Below, in pieces: positions 20,855 to 30,089 of a DNA stretch of 64,000 nucleotides (position 1 is the stretch's first letter; each line of letters opens with the position of its first letter). The notes below the pieces were generated by a model. That model worked only from the letters and a program-made list of their open reading frames with translations. It searched no databases and had not been told where the DNA came from. This stretch comes from an uncultured delta proteobacterium (GTDB lineage: Bacteria > Desulfobacterota > Desulfobaccia > Desulfobaccales > 0-14-0-80-60-11), in the NCBI GenBank assembly GCA_963812015.1, contig CAWETI010000003.1, positions 1,760,001 to 1,824,000 of the forward strand, in the 5' to 3' direction. The position numbers were made by a program, and so were the translations under genes.

Positions 20855-22396
20855 ATGCATGTCTTCATGGCTTACGTTCGGGACCAAAACTTTTGCCAGT
20901 TGCTGCCTGAGGAACTGAATAGATCAACCTCTGACGATGCACGCCTTCAAGTGATGGCATTCCCTCCCCTGGGGATCCAGACTCTGGCGCCGGTCCTGCG
21001 CCAACATGGACACCGGGTGCGGCTGTTTGACACCTGTCATCCCCTGATGCAGGCGGAGCACATCGCTCAGGCCGCAGACGCAGAGCGGCCCGACGTCATC
21101 GCGCTCTCCTGCCTGTCGACGACCACCTACCCAGCGGTCAAAAACCTGGCCCGGCGGCTGAAGGTGGAGGCGCCCCACATCCCCATCATCCTGGGCGGAA
21201 CCTTTGCCACCATGAATTCGGACCGCATCCTGGAAGATTGCCCCGACTTAGACTGCGTGGGGGTCGGGGAGGGCGAAGAGCTGCTCCCGGATTATCTGAA
21301 CAACCTTGACAACTTAGGCTCGGTCGCCGGTCTGGTCTGGCGCCACGCCGGACAGATCGTTCGGAACGTCCCCCGTCCCCTTATCCGGGACCTGAATCAG
21401 TTTCCTTACCCCGACCGCACCAGCCTCCCCATCGATTATATCGAGTCCTTGCCCCTGGATGTCCCGGCGGTTCTCTCCCTGGACAAATTTTGTACCATGC
21501 AGACCTCCCGGGGCTGCCCCTATGCCTGCATCTACTGCGATATCCCATCCCTGTCCCAGGGAAAATGGCGCTACCGTTCGGCCGAGCATGTCCTGGGGGA
21601 AATGCAGCAACTGCACGATATGGGTTATCGCTCGATTTACCTCACCGATGATCACTTTCTCCTTAACCGTAAGCGCATCGGCGACATTTGCCACGGGATC
21701 ATTGCCCGTAAGCTCAAGTTCCACTGGGGCTGCGAAGGTCGGGTTGATGCGGTTGCGGTTGATCAGTTGCCGATCATGAAAGAAGCCAACTGCAATTTTC
21801 TGGCCTTTGGGGTGGAGGCGGGCACGCAAAAGGTCCTGGACCGGCTGCACAAAAATCAGACCCTGGCCCAGGTGGAGCACGCCGTCAGTGAGGCGAAGCG
21901 GCAGGGCATCGAACGGGTGCACGGATTTTTTGTCATCAGCTCGCCCGGCGAAACCGAAAAGGATGTCATGGCCAGTTTCCGCTTTGCCGCCCGGCTGAAA
22001 CTGGACACCTTCGGTTTCAATCGCTTATGCGCCTACCGGGGCACGCCGTTGTGGCGGGAGTACGTTGACCGCGGCATCATTGACGACGAGCGCGATTGGG
22101 ACAAATGGTTCAAGTGTTCGGACATCGACCCCACCGCCCTGTCGAGTGCGGCGGTGAACCGGGTGCGCATGAAAGGTTACGCCCGGCTGTTTGCCAGCCG
22201 TATTTTGCGACGTCCCCTCCGCACCTATAGGCTGCTGCGCACCTTCGGCCGCCACATGAAAACCGCCGATATCCTCAAGTTGCTTTACAGTCCTTTCCGA
22301 CGGCGTTCCTTGAGCCGGAAGCCTGATCTCCCGGCCAGGATGATAGACTTGGGACTCGAAGTTCCCCAAGTCGGCCCTGCCGCCTCCCGCTCTTAG
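20855..22396 (+). CDS. B12-binding radical SAM protein
   Basis: FPPLGIQTLA and ILGG cobalamin-binding region; TSRGCPYACIYC. Confidence 0.92.
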   Translation: MHVFMAYVRDQNFCQLLPEELNRSTSDDARLQVMAFPPLGIQTLAPVLRQHGHRVRLFDTCHPLMQAEHIAQAADAERPDVIALSCLSTTTYPAVKNLARRLKVEAPHIPIILGGTFATMNSDRILEDCPDLDCVGVGEGEELLPDYLNNLDNLGSVAGLVWRHAGQIVRNVPRPLIRDLNQFPYPDRTSLPIDYIESLPLDVPAVLSLDKFCTMQTSRGCPYACIYCDIPSLSQGKWRYRSAEHVLGEMQQLHDMGYRSIYLTDDHFLLNRKRIGDICHGIIARKLKFHWGCEGRVDAVAVDQLPIMKEANCNFLAFGVEAGTQKVLDRLHKNQTLAQVEHAVSEAKRQGIERVHGFFVISSPGETEKDVMASFRFAARLKLDTFGFNRLCAYRGTPLWREYVDRGIIDDERDWDKWFKCSDIDPTALSSAAVNRVRMKGYARLFASRILRRPLRTYRLLRTFGRHMKTADILKLLYSPFRRRSLSRKPDLPARMIDLGLEVPQVGPAASRS

Positions 22397-22764
22397 CGCG
22401 GCGCCGCCCCTTGACTCCCCGGTTCCCGTGGCTGCGCCTCCAGGTGCTTGCCTTTGAGTTCCTCGGGGTCGCCGGCCACCGGCGAGACCGCCACAAAGTT
22501 GACATCCTCAAAGAAGACCTCGAAATAGGTCCAATCGTCCGAGATGGGCTCGTCGCAGACGCAGACCCGGCCCCCGGGCGTCTCCCATGGCATCGCCAAC
22601 CAGTCGGGCAGATAGGCCTCCCGGGGCGCGGCCCGGAGCATGGTGGTGCCGTCGCCGAAGTCTTTCATACTGGGGGTTTCCATCACCATCCGGACGCGAT
22701 TCCCGGCCTCCACCAGCCGGGCCGGGCGGTAAATCCTGGCCCCAACCCTTAGCTCATTTACCAT
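22393..22764 (-). CDS. Hypothetical protein
   Basis: 123-aa ORF with AGAGGG RBS, convergent on the radical SAM gene. Confidence 0.55.
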   Translation of the reverse strand: MVNELRVGARIYRPARLVEAGNRVRMVMETPSMKDFGDGTTMLRAAPREAYLPDWLAMPWETPGGRVCVCDEPISDDWTYFEVFFEDVNFVAVSPVAGDPEELKGKHLEAQPREPGSQGAAPR

Positions 22765-22813
22765 TAAACCCTCTTCTTTCAGACAAATTTATGCCATCTA
22801 TCCCAGTATTTTA

Positions 22814-22943
22814 TAAGCCATTTCAAAATCCGCTTTTTTGTCATCCTGAACGGAGTGAAGGATCTTAACTTATTAAATATACGAAATTCTTCGCTCCGCT
22901 CAGAATGACCCTTCTCTATCAATCCAGGCTTTGAACTGGCTTG
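22814..22943. mobile_element. MITE-like element with TA flanks and an internal GTCATCCTGAACGGAGTGAAGGATCT...TTCTTCGCTCCGCTCAGAATGAC inverted repeat
   Basis: TIRs TAAGCCATTTCAAA (22814-22827) and TTTGAACTGGCTTG (22930-22943), TA on both sides. Confidence 0.55.
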
Positions 22944-23132
22944 TAGGAGAAGGCCAAGGCAGCGCTCTCTGGGCCTCCCCTGCCCTCTCCTCCCCCCGCA
23001 TCCCCCTGGCCGGCCACGTTCCCGGACTTCGGGGCGCTGGGGAAATCGAGCTTGACATTGGCCAGTTGGCCCTTAATTTAAGTGTGTCGGAAGTATGGCC
23101 GTTAATCCTAAAAAAAGAAAGGATAGAAATTC

Positions 23133-23576
23133 ATGCGTACACACAGGATTCTCCTTAGTCTGGCCCTGGCGGCTTTTCTCCTGCTGGCGGTCACCCCTGG
23201 CAGCGCCCAGGCGCCTTATTACGCGGTGGGGTCCGTATCCATTGACATGATGAGCGTGGCCGCGGGCGTCGGCTTCAGTTCGGGGAGCGGCGTCCTCATG
23301 TGGCAGGGGAAACGCATCCTTTTCAAGATTGACGGCCTCAGCGTCGGCAATGTCGGGATCTCTTCCATCAGTGCGGTCGGCAATGTTTACAATATGAACA
23401 ACGTCTCTCAGTTTCCCGGCAATTATGCCGCGGTGGGCGCAGGCGTCACCCTGGCTGGGGGCGTGGCCGGCCTGAAGATGCAGAACCAGAGCGGCGTCAT
23501 CATCAACCTGTATGCCGTCCAGCAAGGCGTGCAGCTCAACATCGGGCCGCAAGGTTTCAACATCTCCCTGCAATAG
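23133..23576 (+). CDS. Secreted DUF1134/EipA-like protein
   Basis: Signal peptide; AAGVGFSSGSGVL, GLSVG, FPGNYAAVGAG, MQNQSGVII. Confidence 0.8.
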   Translation: MRTHRILLSLALAAFLLLAVTPGSAQAPYYAVGSVSIDMMSVAAGVGFSSGSGVLMWQGKRILFKIDGLSVGNVGISSISAVGNVYNMNNVSQFPGNYAAVGAGVTLAGGVAGLKMQNQSGVIINLYAVQQGVQLNIGPQGFNISLQ

Positions 23577-23747
23577 CCAAACTCCCCCACCGGGAACGCT
23601 GGCCGCCAAGACTGGTTTGCTGCTCGGCGCGCTCACTTGACACCCGGGGACGGGAATATCCGCAGGAAACCTTTCACCCGCTTTCAGGCGTGGCCTGGGG
23701 GCGGGTGTGCCTTTCTCTCGGCGATTTCCGGGCCGGGCGGGCCCAGG

Positions 23748-24467
23748 TTAGGGGACCGCGCCCCTCAGGTAAGCCTGTCTCCTGGCCTCGGGAAACCTCT
23801 CGATGGCATACCGGAGCATGGTGCGGGGCATAGTCTGGTAATGGGCCTGCAAAAAGGCTTCCGCCACTGCCAACTGGCGCTTCCCCACCTCCCGCAGCAT
23901 CCAGCCCACGGCCTTGTGGATCAAGTCTTCCGGGTCGCCCAACAGCAGCCGGGCGACTCTGAGGGTCTCGTCATAGTCCCCCTGTTTGATGAAGTGAAGG
24001 GTGGCCAGAATGGCTATCCGCCGCTCCCACAAAACCCCGGACCCGGCCAGCCGGGTCAGAAGCTCTTTGGGGCGCTCGGCCAGGTAGTGGCCCACCAGGT
24101 GCGGGGCCGAGGCGTCCACCAGATCCCAGTTGTTGACCAACCTGGCCTGCTCCAGGTAAAGCCGGTGGATGGCCCCCCTGACGTTGGTGCCGCCTTGATA
24201 ATACTGCTTAATCAGGATCAACAGGGCCAGCAGCCGGTCTTCGTGGAAGGCGGACTGGAGCAGACGCAGGGTCTCCGTTAGGGAAAGTTCCTGATATTTT
24301 TGGGCCAACTTTCTCAAGAACGGGACGCGAATGCCCCGAAACCGATCGCCCTCGCCATATTCTCCCGGCCCGGTCTTGAAGAATCGTTGCAGAATCGCAG
24401 CCTGGGGGGCGTTGCCCAGACTTTTCAGTTCTCTCTGGATGGTGGCCGTCAGCATGGCGCCGGTCAT
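23748..24467 (-). CDS. alkD: DNA alkylation repair protein (AlkD family)
   Basis: FFKTGPGEYGEGD, NNWDLVD, WERRIA, DLIHKAVGWMLRE, MPRTMLRYAIE. Confidence 0.9.
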   Translation of the reverse strand: MTGAMLTATIQRELKSLGNAPQAAILQRFFKTGPGEYGEGDRFRGIRVPFLRKLAQKYQELSLTETLRLLQSAFHEDRLLALLILIKQYYQGGTNVRGAIHRLYLEQARLVNNWDLVDASAPHLVGHYLAERPKELLTRLAGSGVLWERRIAILATLHFIKQGDYDETLRVARLLLGDPEDLIHKAVGWMLREVGKRQLAVAEAFLQAHYQTMPRTMLRYAIERFPEARRQAYLRGAVP

Positions 24468-24486
24468 ATCAATAAGGGTATATTTT

Positions 24487-25275
24487 TTAGGCCGTGACGC
24501 TCATCCGGCCCAGGTAGGCCTCCAGGACCAGGGGGTTGTGGCGCACTTCCTCGGGGGTGCCCTGGGCGATGCGGTTGCCGCCGTCCAGAACCACCACGTG
24601 ATCCGAAATCCCCATCACCAGTTCCATGTCGTGTTCCACCAGGATCATGGTTTTTCCCGCCAGCCGCATCTGCCGGATGAGGGCGGCCACCGTCGCGGTC
24701 TCGTCGGGGTTCAGGCCCGCCACCGGCTCATCCAGCAACGTGAGGACGGGCTGAGACACGAAGGCCCGGGCCATTTCCACCCTTTTTTTGTCCCCGTAGG
24801 GCAGCACCCCCACGGGCCAACCGGCCTTGTCCGCCAGGCCGAAGGCGTCCAGGGTCTCCAGGGCCATGAGCTTCAACCGCCGCTCCCGGTGCCGCAAACC
24901 CGGGGGACGCAGGAGGGCCTCCAGCAGGGAGGCGCCGGCCTGGACCGTCAGGCCGCAGAGGACGTTGTCCAGGACCGTGAGGCGTGGAAAGATGCGCAGG
25001 TTTTGAAATGTCCGGGTGATTCCCAGCCGGGCCACCCGGTGGGCATGCATCCCGGCAATATCAGCACCCTCGAACCGGATGGCCCCCGCGTCGGGCCGGA
25101 TGACCCCGGTGAGACAGTTGATCAGGGTGGTCTTGCCGGCCCCGTTGGGACCGATGAGGGCGGTAACCCGGCCCCGGTAGGCGAAAAAGCCCACGTCGGC
25201 CAGGGCCGGCAAACCGCCGAAATGCTTGCTGAGGCCGATTACCTGGAGAAGCGGTGGCTGATTTGCTTCTTTCAT
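24487..25275 (-). CDS. livG: Branched-chain amino acid ABC transporter ATP-binding protein (LivG-like)
   Basis: KHFGGL, GPNGAGKTT, RTFQN, LLDEP.AGLN, VEHDM; start reassigned to ATG 25275. Confidence 0.9.
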   Translation of the reverse strand: MKEANQPPLLQVIGLSKHFGGLPALADVGFFAYRGRVTALIGPNGAGKTTLINCLTGVIRPDAGAIRFEGADIAGMHAHRVARLGITRTFQNLRIFPRLTVLDNVLCGLTVQAGASLLEALLRPPGLRHRERRLKLMALETLDAFGLADKAGWPVGVLPYGDKKRVEMARAFVSQPVLTLLDEPVAGLNPDETATVAALIRQMRLAGKTMILVEHDMELVMGISDHVVVLDGGNRIAQGTPEEVRHNPLVLEAYLGRMSVTA

Positions 25276-25287
25276 GGGTAAAACCAA

Positions 25288-25311
25288 GTGGCACAGGCGT
25301 CTCGCCTGTGC
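25288..25311 (+). repeat. REP element (left member of an inverted pair)
   Basis: GTGG plus palindrome GCACAGGCG-TCT-CGCCTGTGC. Confidence 0.8.
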
Positions 25312-25328
25312 ATTCATACATTAATTGT

Positions 25329-25541
25329 TCAATTATATTCCGGGTTAATCGATCTTACCCGCTGACCAAAAGCTTCAAGGCTGATTCGACCATTTGCATA
25401 ATCACAGGCAACTTCAACAAGGGCTTCAAGTTTCAATAAGCCTCCAACCATCTCTTCCATTCTTGTTCGCAATATTTGATCGTGTCCCCGACAAAATCTT
25501 CCTTGCGTTTCTCCTCCACATCCGCACGCTCAAATAGGCAT
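25329..25541 (-). pseudogene. 70-codon CxCGCG...GHD protein with TGA at codon 4 (pseudogene or selenoprotein)
   Basis: AAGGAGGGG RBS, then ATG CCT ATT TGA GCG TGC GGA TGT GGA GGA; read-through gives MPI*ACGCGGETQGRFCRGHDQILRTRMEEMVGGLLKLEALVEVACDYANGRISLEAFGQRVRSINPEYN. Confidence 0.7.
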
Positions 25542-25559
25542 TTTCCCCTCCTTTTGCGA

Positions 25560-25583
25560 GCACAGGCGAGACGCCTGCGCCAC
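25560..25583 (-). repeat. REP element (right member of the inverted pair)
   Basis: GCACAGGCGAGACGCCTGCGCCAC, the reverse complement of 25288-25311 with 1 mismatch. Confidence 0.8.
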
Positions 25584-25679
25584 TGAAGAAATCCTAACCA
25601 TAATCACCCTTATTGGGGTTGGGGGAGAGGGTTTGGGAGAGGGGGCAGGGGTCGTCGGCCTCTGGCCCCCTCTCCCAAT

Positions 25680-26690
25680 TCACTGCTCGCCCCGCGCCGC
25701 GGCCACCGCCAACCGCCGTCGGGCCCAGCGGGTGCGGACGAGATCCACCAGGCCGGACACGAACCCCTGGGGCAGGAAGAGGAGGATCACCACCAGGATC
25801 AGTCCGTGAATGATATCCATGTAGTTTTCCAAAAATCCCAGGAAATTGGGCAGAATGGTGATGAAGGCTGCTCCGAATAAACTGCCCCAAACGGAGCCCA
25901 GCCCCCCCACCACCACCATGATCACCAGGTCCAGGGATTTGAAGATACTGAAGGCGTCGGGATTGACGTAGCCGAAATAGTGGGCGTAGAGGCTGCCGGC
26001 CACCGAGGCGAAGACCGCGGACAGGATGAACACGCTGATTTTTTGGCGCCGCACGTCCACCCCCAGGGCGGCGGCAGCCACCTCGTCGGCGGCCAGGGCG
26101 GCCAGGCCCCGCCCCACCCCGCTCCGCACCAGGTTGAGACACAGGGTCAGGGCCACCAGGGCGAATGTCCAGACCAGGTAGTGGAACTTGAGGTCGCTGT
26201 CGAAGGTGAGGCCCCCAATGGACAGGGGCGGCACCCCGGAAAGGCCGCTGGGGCCCCCGGTGACCGCGTCCCACTGAATAAAGATGCTGTCCACCACATA
26301 ATTGAACCCCAGGGTGGCCATGGCTAGGTAGTGGCCCGAAAGCCTCAGGGTGGGAACCCCGAGGACCAGGGCCACCACCGCCATGACCGCCGCGGTGAGA
26401 ATCATGGCCGGCCAGGCCGGCACGTTATAGGTGGCGGTCAGAATGGCCGAGCCGTAAGCGCCCAACCCGAAAAAAGCGGCATGGCCCAGGGATATCTGGC
26501 CGGCGAAGCCGATGAAGAGGTTGAGCCCCAGGACGACGATGACATAGAGGCCGATGAGGTTGAGGATGCCCAGCTGGTAAGGATTGCGCATCACCAGGGG
26601 GGTGAGGGCCAGGAGCAGGGCCAGACCCCACACCATGAGCCCCGTGTGGTGGCGGATGACAAAAAACTTGGCTTTCTCCCATCCACTCAT
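25680..26690 (-). CDS. livM: Branched-chain amino acid ABC transporter permease (LivM-like)
   Basis: GLNLFIGFAGQISLGHAAFFGLGAY, LRLSGHYLAMATLG, TGGPSG. Confidence 0.92.
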   Translation of the reverse strand: MSGWEKAKFFVIRHHTGLMVWGLALLLALTPLVMRNPYQLGILNLIGLYVIVVLGLNLFIGFAGQISLGHAAFFGLGAYGSAILTATYNVPAWPAMILTAAVMAVVALVLGVPTLRLSGHYLAMATLGFNYVVDSIFIQWDAVTGGPSGLSGVPPLSIGGLTFDSDLKFHYLVWTFALVALTLCLNLVRSGVGRGLAALAADEVAAAALGVDVRRQKISVFILSAVFASVAGSLYAHYFGYVNPDAFSIFKSLDLVIMVVVGGLGSVWGSLFGAAFITILPNFLGFLENYMDIIHGLILVVILLFLPQGFVSGLVDLVRTRWARRRLAVAAARGEQ

Positions 26691-26708
26691 GGCCAGCGTT
26701 TACCAACC

Positions 26709-26906
26709 TTATCGATTGGCACGCAAAAAGCGGGCTATGCTGCGGTCGTAAGTCCGCTCCACCTCAGGGGTAAAGTAGCACGCCGGCAACTGGCCCATGG
26801 CCCGGTGGTAGCGGAGACACTCACAGCAGATGCCCTTGCGTGGGCACGGTTCATAAGTGCAGTTACATTTTTCCAGATTAATTGCTTGGTTGGAACACTC
26901 TTTCAT
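26709..26906 (-). CDS. Small Cys-rich protein (DUF6485-like)
   Basis: [21 protein letters not shown]...LPACYF...ERTYDRS; AGGAG RBS. Confidence 0.8.
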   Translation of the reverse strand: MKECSNQAINLEKCNCTYEPCPRKGICCECLRYHRAMGQLPACYFTPEVERTYDRSIARFLRANR

Positions 26907-26984
26907 CCTTTATTTCTCCTTTCTTATGAATCTACCCTAAGGTCTTGGTTTTCTAAATCAACACCAGATAAGGAAGTGGGTAAA

Positions 26985-27020
26985 TTTCCCCCTTTTCTCA
27001 AGGGGGGTAATTGGGAATTA
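26985..27020. repeat. C-run/G-run palindromic repeat, family A
   Basis: TTCCCCCCTTTTCTCAAGGGGGG core; related copies near 29530, 48035-48116 and 53675-53760. Confidence 0.55.
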
Positions 27021-27061
27021 TGAGTAACCCTTTAATAATCTCCTCTCCTCAAAAATCTCTC

Positions 27062-27571
27062 TCAAGCCGCCGCGGCCAGACCTAGCTGAAAGGCTTTGAG
27101 GCTGGCCTCCCGGAAGCGCTCCGGGGTCGTGGCCGCGATAATTTCGGTCAAAAGATCCGGCCCAGCGAACAGGCCCCCCGCGGCCGCGGCATAGCCCATC
27201 AAGATGAGGTTGGCCGCCACGGCGGGCAGGCCGTGGGTCTCCGCCAGGGATCGGGCGTCCACGTTGCGGTAATCCCCCGGCGTCGCGGCATTGACGAACA
27301 CTGCCCCCCCGGCTTTCATATAGAAGCGGTGCACCGCCAGGTTCTTAGGGTGCAGGAAGAGTCCCCGGTCCGCCTCCCCCGCGGAAATCAGGGGCCCCCG
27401 GAAAGGCCCCACCTTGATCATGGAGATGACCGTGCCGCCCCGTTGGGCCATGCCGTGGGTTTCGGAGGTAATAACCGGGAGCCCCGCCGCGGCCGCGGTC
27501 TCCGCCAACAGCCGGGTCAGGGTGAGGGCCCCCTGCCCTCCCAGGCCGCTGACGATGATTTGTTGCTTCAA
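27062..27571 (-). CDS. iorB: Indolepyruvate/2-oxoacid:ferredoxin oxidoreductase beta subunit (IorB-like)
   Basis: SGLGGQG, SETHGMAQRGG, ANLILMG. Confidence 0.88.
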   Translation of the reverse strand: MKQQIIVSGLGGQGALTLTRLLAETAAAAGLPVITSETHGMAQRGGTVISMIKVGPFRGPLISAGEADRGLFLHPKNLAVHRFYMKAGGAVFVNAATPGDYRNVDARSLAETHGLPAVAANLILMGYAAAAGGLFAGPDLLTEIIAATTPERFREASLKAFQLGLAAAA

Positions 27572-27646
27572 AGTTGCTCCTCCTTAACATGGCGCATTGG
27601 GGAAGGGGAAGGACTCAGTACGAAAAATCCCCGCTCTCAAATTATA

Positions 27647-29491
27647 TCATTTTGGCCTGGCCTCAATGGCTCTTTCGGGGCAGACCTGGACGCACACCCC
27701 GCAGCCGACGCAGCGGCCCCCGTCGATCACCACCCGCCCGTCGGCTTCATCCAGGGACAGAGCCGGGCACTCGAAGTCATCCAGACAATGCCGGCAGCCG
27801 GTGCAATCTTCCGTGACCCGCATAGTATAGGCAGTCTGGGCTTTACGGGCATCTTTGTCCAGCAGGCAGGGATGCTTGGCGATGACCACTGCCAACCCTC
27901 CCGCCGGGCTCCGGCAATAGGCGTCGGCGGACCTCAGCAGGTCCATGAAGGCGCGCAGGTCGTAGGGGTCGGCCTCCCTGAGAAAACCCGCGCCGCAAGC
28001 CCGCACTAGGTCGGGGATGAGCACCGGGTGGCCCCTCTCCCCGGCGGCGGTGAGCCCCACCTGGGGGGTGGGCTGGTGGCCGGTCATGGCCGTGGTGGCG
28101 TTGTCCAGGATCACCAGGATGAAGCGGGCTTGATGGAACACCGCGTTGAGCAGGGCCGGGACCCCGGCGTGGAAAAAGGTGGAGTCACCGATGGTGGCCA
28201 CGATGGTGGGAAACTCTCTTCCCTCGGCGGCGTAGGCCCGGTAGAACCCCGCGGCCTGGCTGATGCCGGCCCCCATGCAGTGGCAGGTGTCCACCGCCCC
28301 CAGGTTCAGCCCCAGGGTGTAACAGCCGATGTCGCTGGGGAAGATCCCCGCCGGGAAGGTTTCTTTGATGGCGTAGAACGCCGCCCGGTGAGCACAGCCG
28401 GCGCAGAGGGTGGGTCGGTCGCCGCCGCCGGATGGCCCCGGGACGCTCCGGGCCGGGCGCTCCAGAAAGGTTTCCAGCACCGGGCGGATGACGTCGGGGG
28501 TCAGTTCGCCCGCCTTAGGGACGCTCCCGGAGCTACGCCCCTGAACCAGGGGGTTGGTCAGCTGCAGCTCGATAACCGGATAGGTCTCTTCGATGACCAG
28601 GATTTTTTTATACCGGGAGTTGACCGTGTTGATGAAGTCCCGGTTGAGGGGATAGGCCATGGTCACCTGGTAAAAATCGACTCGCCCCCAAAGGCCCAGT
28701 TCATCCAGCCAGTCCCCGGTGTGGGCCCAGGCCACCCCGGAGGCGATCATGCAGGTGTCGGGGAGGGAGCCGTCCCCCCGGGTCAGGCGGGGGGCGAACT
28801 CTGCAGCCGCGGCAATTTTATCGATCTTGTCGTTAAGCAGCCGGTGCAACTCCAGGACAAACACCGGGGTGGCACACCAGCGCCGGGGGTCCTTGTCGAA
28901 CTTCGCCGGCCGGTCCAGCCGCACCGGCGGCCCGCAAGGGACGTTCTGCCGGGCGTGGCACACCCGGGTGGTGGGCCGGACCATAACCGGCACCTCAAAG
29001 CGCTCCGAAAGCTCCAGGGCCTGGGCCACCATGTCCTTGGCCTCCCGGGGGCTTGACGGGTCCAGCACCGGCACCTTGGCGAACATGGCAAAGAAGCGGC
29101 TGTCCTGCTCGGTCTGGGAACTGTGGGGGCCGGGGTCGTCAGCGGCGATCACCACCAGGCCGCCTTTGACCCCCAGGTAGGCGGCCCGCATAAAGGGGTC
29201 CGAGGCGACGTTGACCCCCACCTGCTTCATGGAGACCGCGGACCGCCGGCCGCACATGGAGTTGGCCAGGGCAACTTCAAAGGCCACCTTTTCGTTCACC
29301 GACCACTCGGCATAGACCTTGGCCCCGGTCTCTTTGGCGAAGATGACTACGGACGGCAAAATCTCCGAGGCCGGGGTGCCGGGATAGGAGGCGGCCAGGG
29401 TGCAGCCGGCCTCCACGATGCCCCGCCCCATGGCCTCGTTGCCCATGAGGATACGTTGATTGTCAATATTTATTGAAGTTTGGGTTCTCAT
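27647..29491 (-). CDS. iorA: Indolepyruvate:ferredoxin oxidoreductase alpha subunit
   Basis: MGNEA, YPGTPASEI, VNEKVA, DDPGPHSSQTEQD, CAGCAH, SDIGC, GDSTFFH, C-terminal ferredoxin CxxCxxC motifs. Confidence 0.94.
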   Translation of the reverse strand: MRTQTSINIDNQRILMGNEAMGRGIVEAGCTLAASYPGTPASEILPSVVIFAKETGAKVYAEWSVNEKVAFEVALANSMCGRRSAVSMKQVGVNVASDPFMRAAYLGVKGGLVVIAADDPGPHSSQTEQDSRFFAMFAKVPVLDPSSPREAKDMVAQALELSERFEVPVMVRPTTRVCHARQNVPCGPPVRLDRPAKFDKDPRRWCATPVFVLELHRLLNDKIDKIAAAAEFAPRLTRGDGSLPDTCMIASGVAWAHTGDWLDELGLWGRVDFYQVTMAYPLNRDFINTVNSRYKKILVIEETYPVIELQLTNPLVQGRSSGSVPKAGELTPDVIRPVLETFLERPARSVPGPSGGGDRPTLCAGCAHRAAFYAIKETFPAGIFPSDIGCYTLGLNLGAVDTCHCMGAGISQAAGFYRAYAAEGREFPTIVATIGDSTFFHAGVPALLNAVFHQARFILVILDNATTAMTGHQPTPQVGLTAAGERGHPVLIPDLVRACGAGFLREADPYDLRAFMDLLRSADAYCRSPAGGLAVVIAKHPCLLDKDARKAQTAYTMRVTEDCTGCRHCLDDFECPALSLDEADGRVVIDGGRCVGCGVCVQVCPERAIEARPK

Positions 29492-29638
29492 GATTTTTAT
29501 TTAAACGGGATGATATTCCTAAGTTAAAATTCCCCTTTTTTAAAGAGGGGGGGGAGGGGGGAATAGGGGAACCTCTCATAACTTTTTCCAAAACTCCCCC
29601 CGTATTCTCATAGACCTCCCTGGCCTTAAATCTCATGA
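29488..29638. repeat. Family A repeat/MITE-like element
   Basis: CCCCTTTTTTAAAGAGGGGG core bounded by TCATGATTTTTA...TAAATCTCATGA imperfect inverted ends. Confidence 0.5.
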
Positions 29639-29658
29639 TCGTAATTCCCTGCATTCAC

Positions 29659-30003
29659 TTACCAATTCCAGGTGCCGTCGGGGTTCCAGCGGCTGGGTAA
29701 GGGGGGGAGCAGTCCCAAGCACGCTAAGAAGTTGCCGGTAAGGGACCGGTTATCCTGGCTGAATCCCCCTACATCCCGGCATTTTTTGTCAGGTTCATAG
29801 TTTAATTTCCGCGCCTCATCAGCCCGGGCCACACGATATTCTTTCTTTTCCAGGCTGGCGCAAAGAGGAGATACATAAGTATGGGTTTGATCATCGAGCA
29901 GCACGACGGCATTATCAGGCATGGTTCGGGTCGGGACGATAAAAAAGCCGGCCAAAAGCGTGAAGATTAACATGATTACAAAGAATCTTATGGTGGGTAA
30001 CAT
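29659..30003 (-). CDS. Hypothetical membrane-anchored protein (AT-richer cargo gene)
   Basis: N-terminal TM helix; YVSPLC...EARKLNYEPDKKC resembles a degenerate Ada-Zn-like motif; ends SRWNPDGTWNW. Confidence 0.7.
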   Translation of the reverse strand: MLPTIRFFVIMLIFTLLAGFFIVPTRTMPDNAVVLLDDQTHTYVSPLCASLEKKEYRVARADEARKLNYEPDKKCRDVGGFSQDNRSLTGNFLACLGLLPPLPSRWNPDGTWNW

Positions 30004-30038
30004 TGATCTTGCCTTTAATCCATTAAATTACTGCGCTT

Positions 30039-30080
30039 GGTGCGCAGTGCGCACCCTACATGGGCACGAACGCCGTGCCC
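30039..30080 (-). repeat. Tandem REP-like hairpins
   Basis: Minus strand GGGCACG-GCGTT-CGTGCCC followed by GTAG-GGTGCGCACTGCGCACC. Confidence 0.65.
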
Positions 30081-30089
30081 TTATAAATA

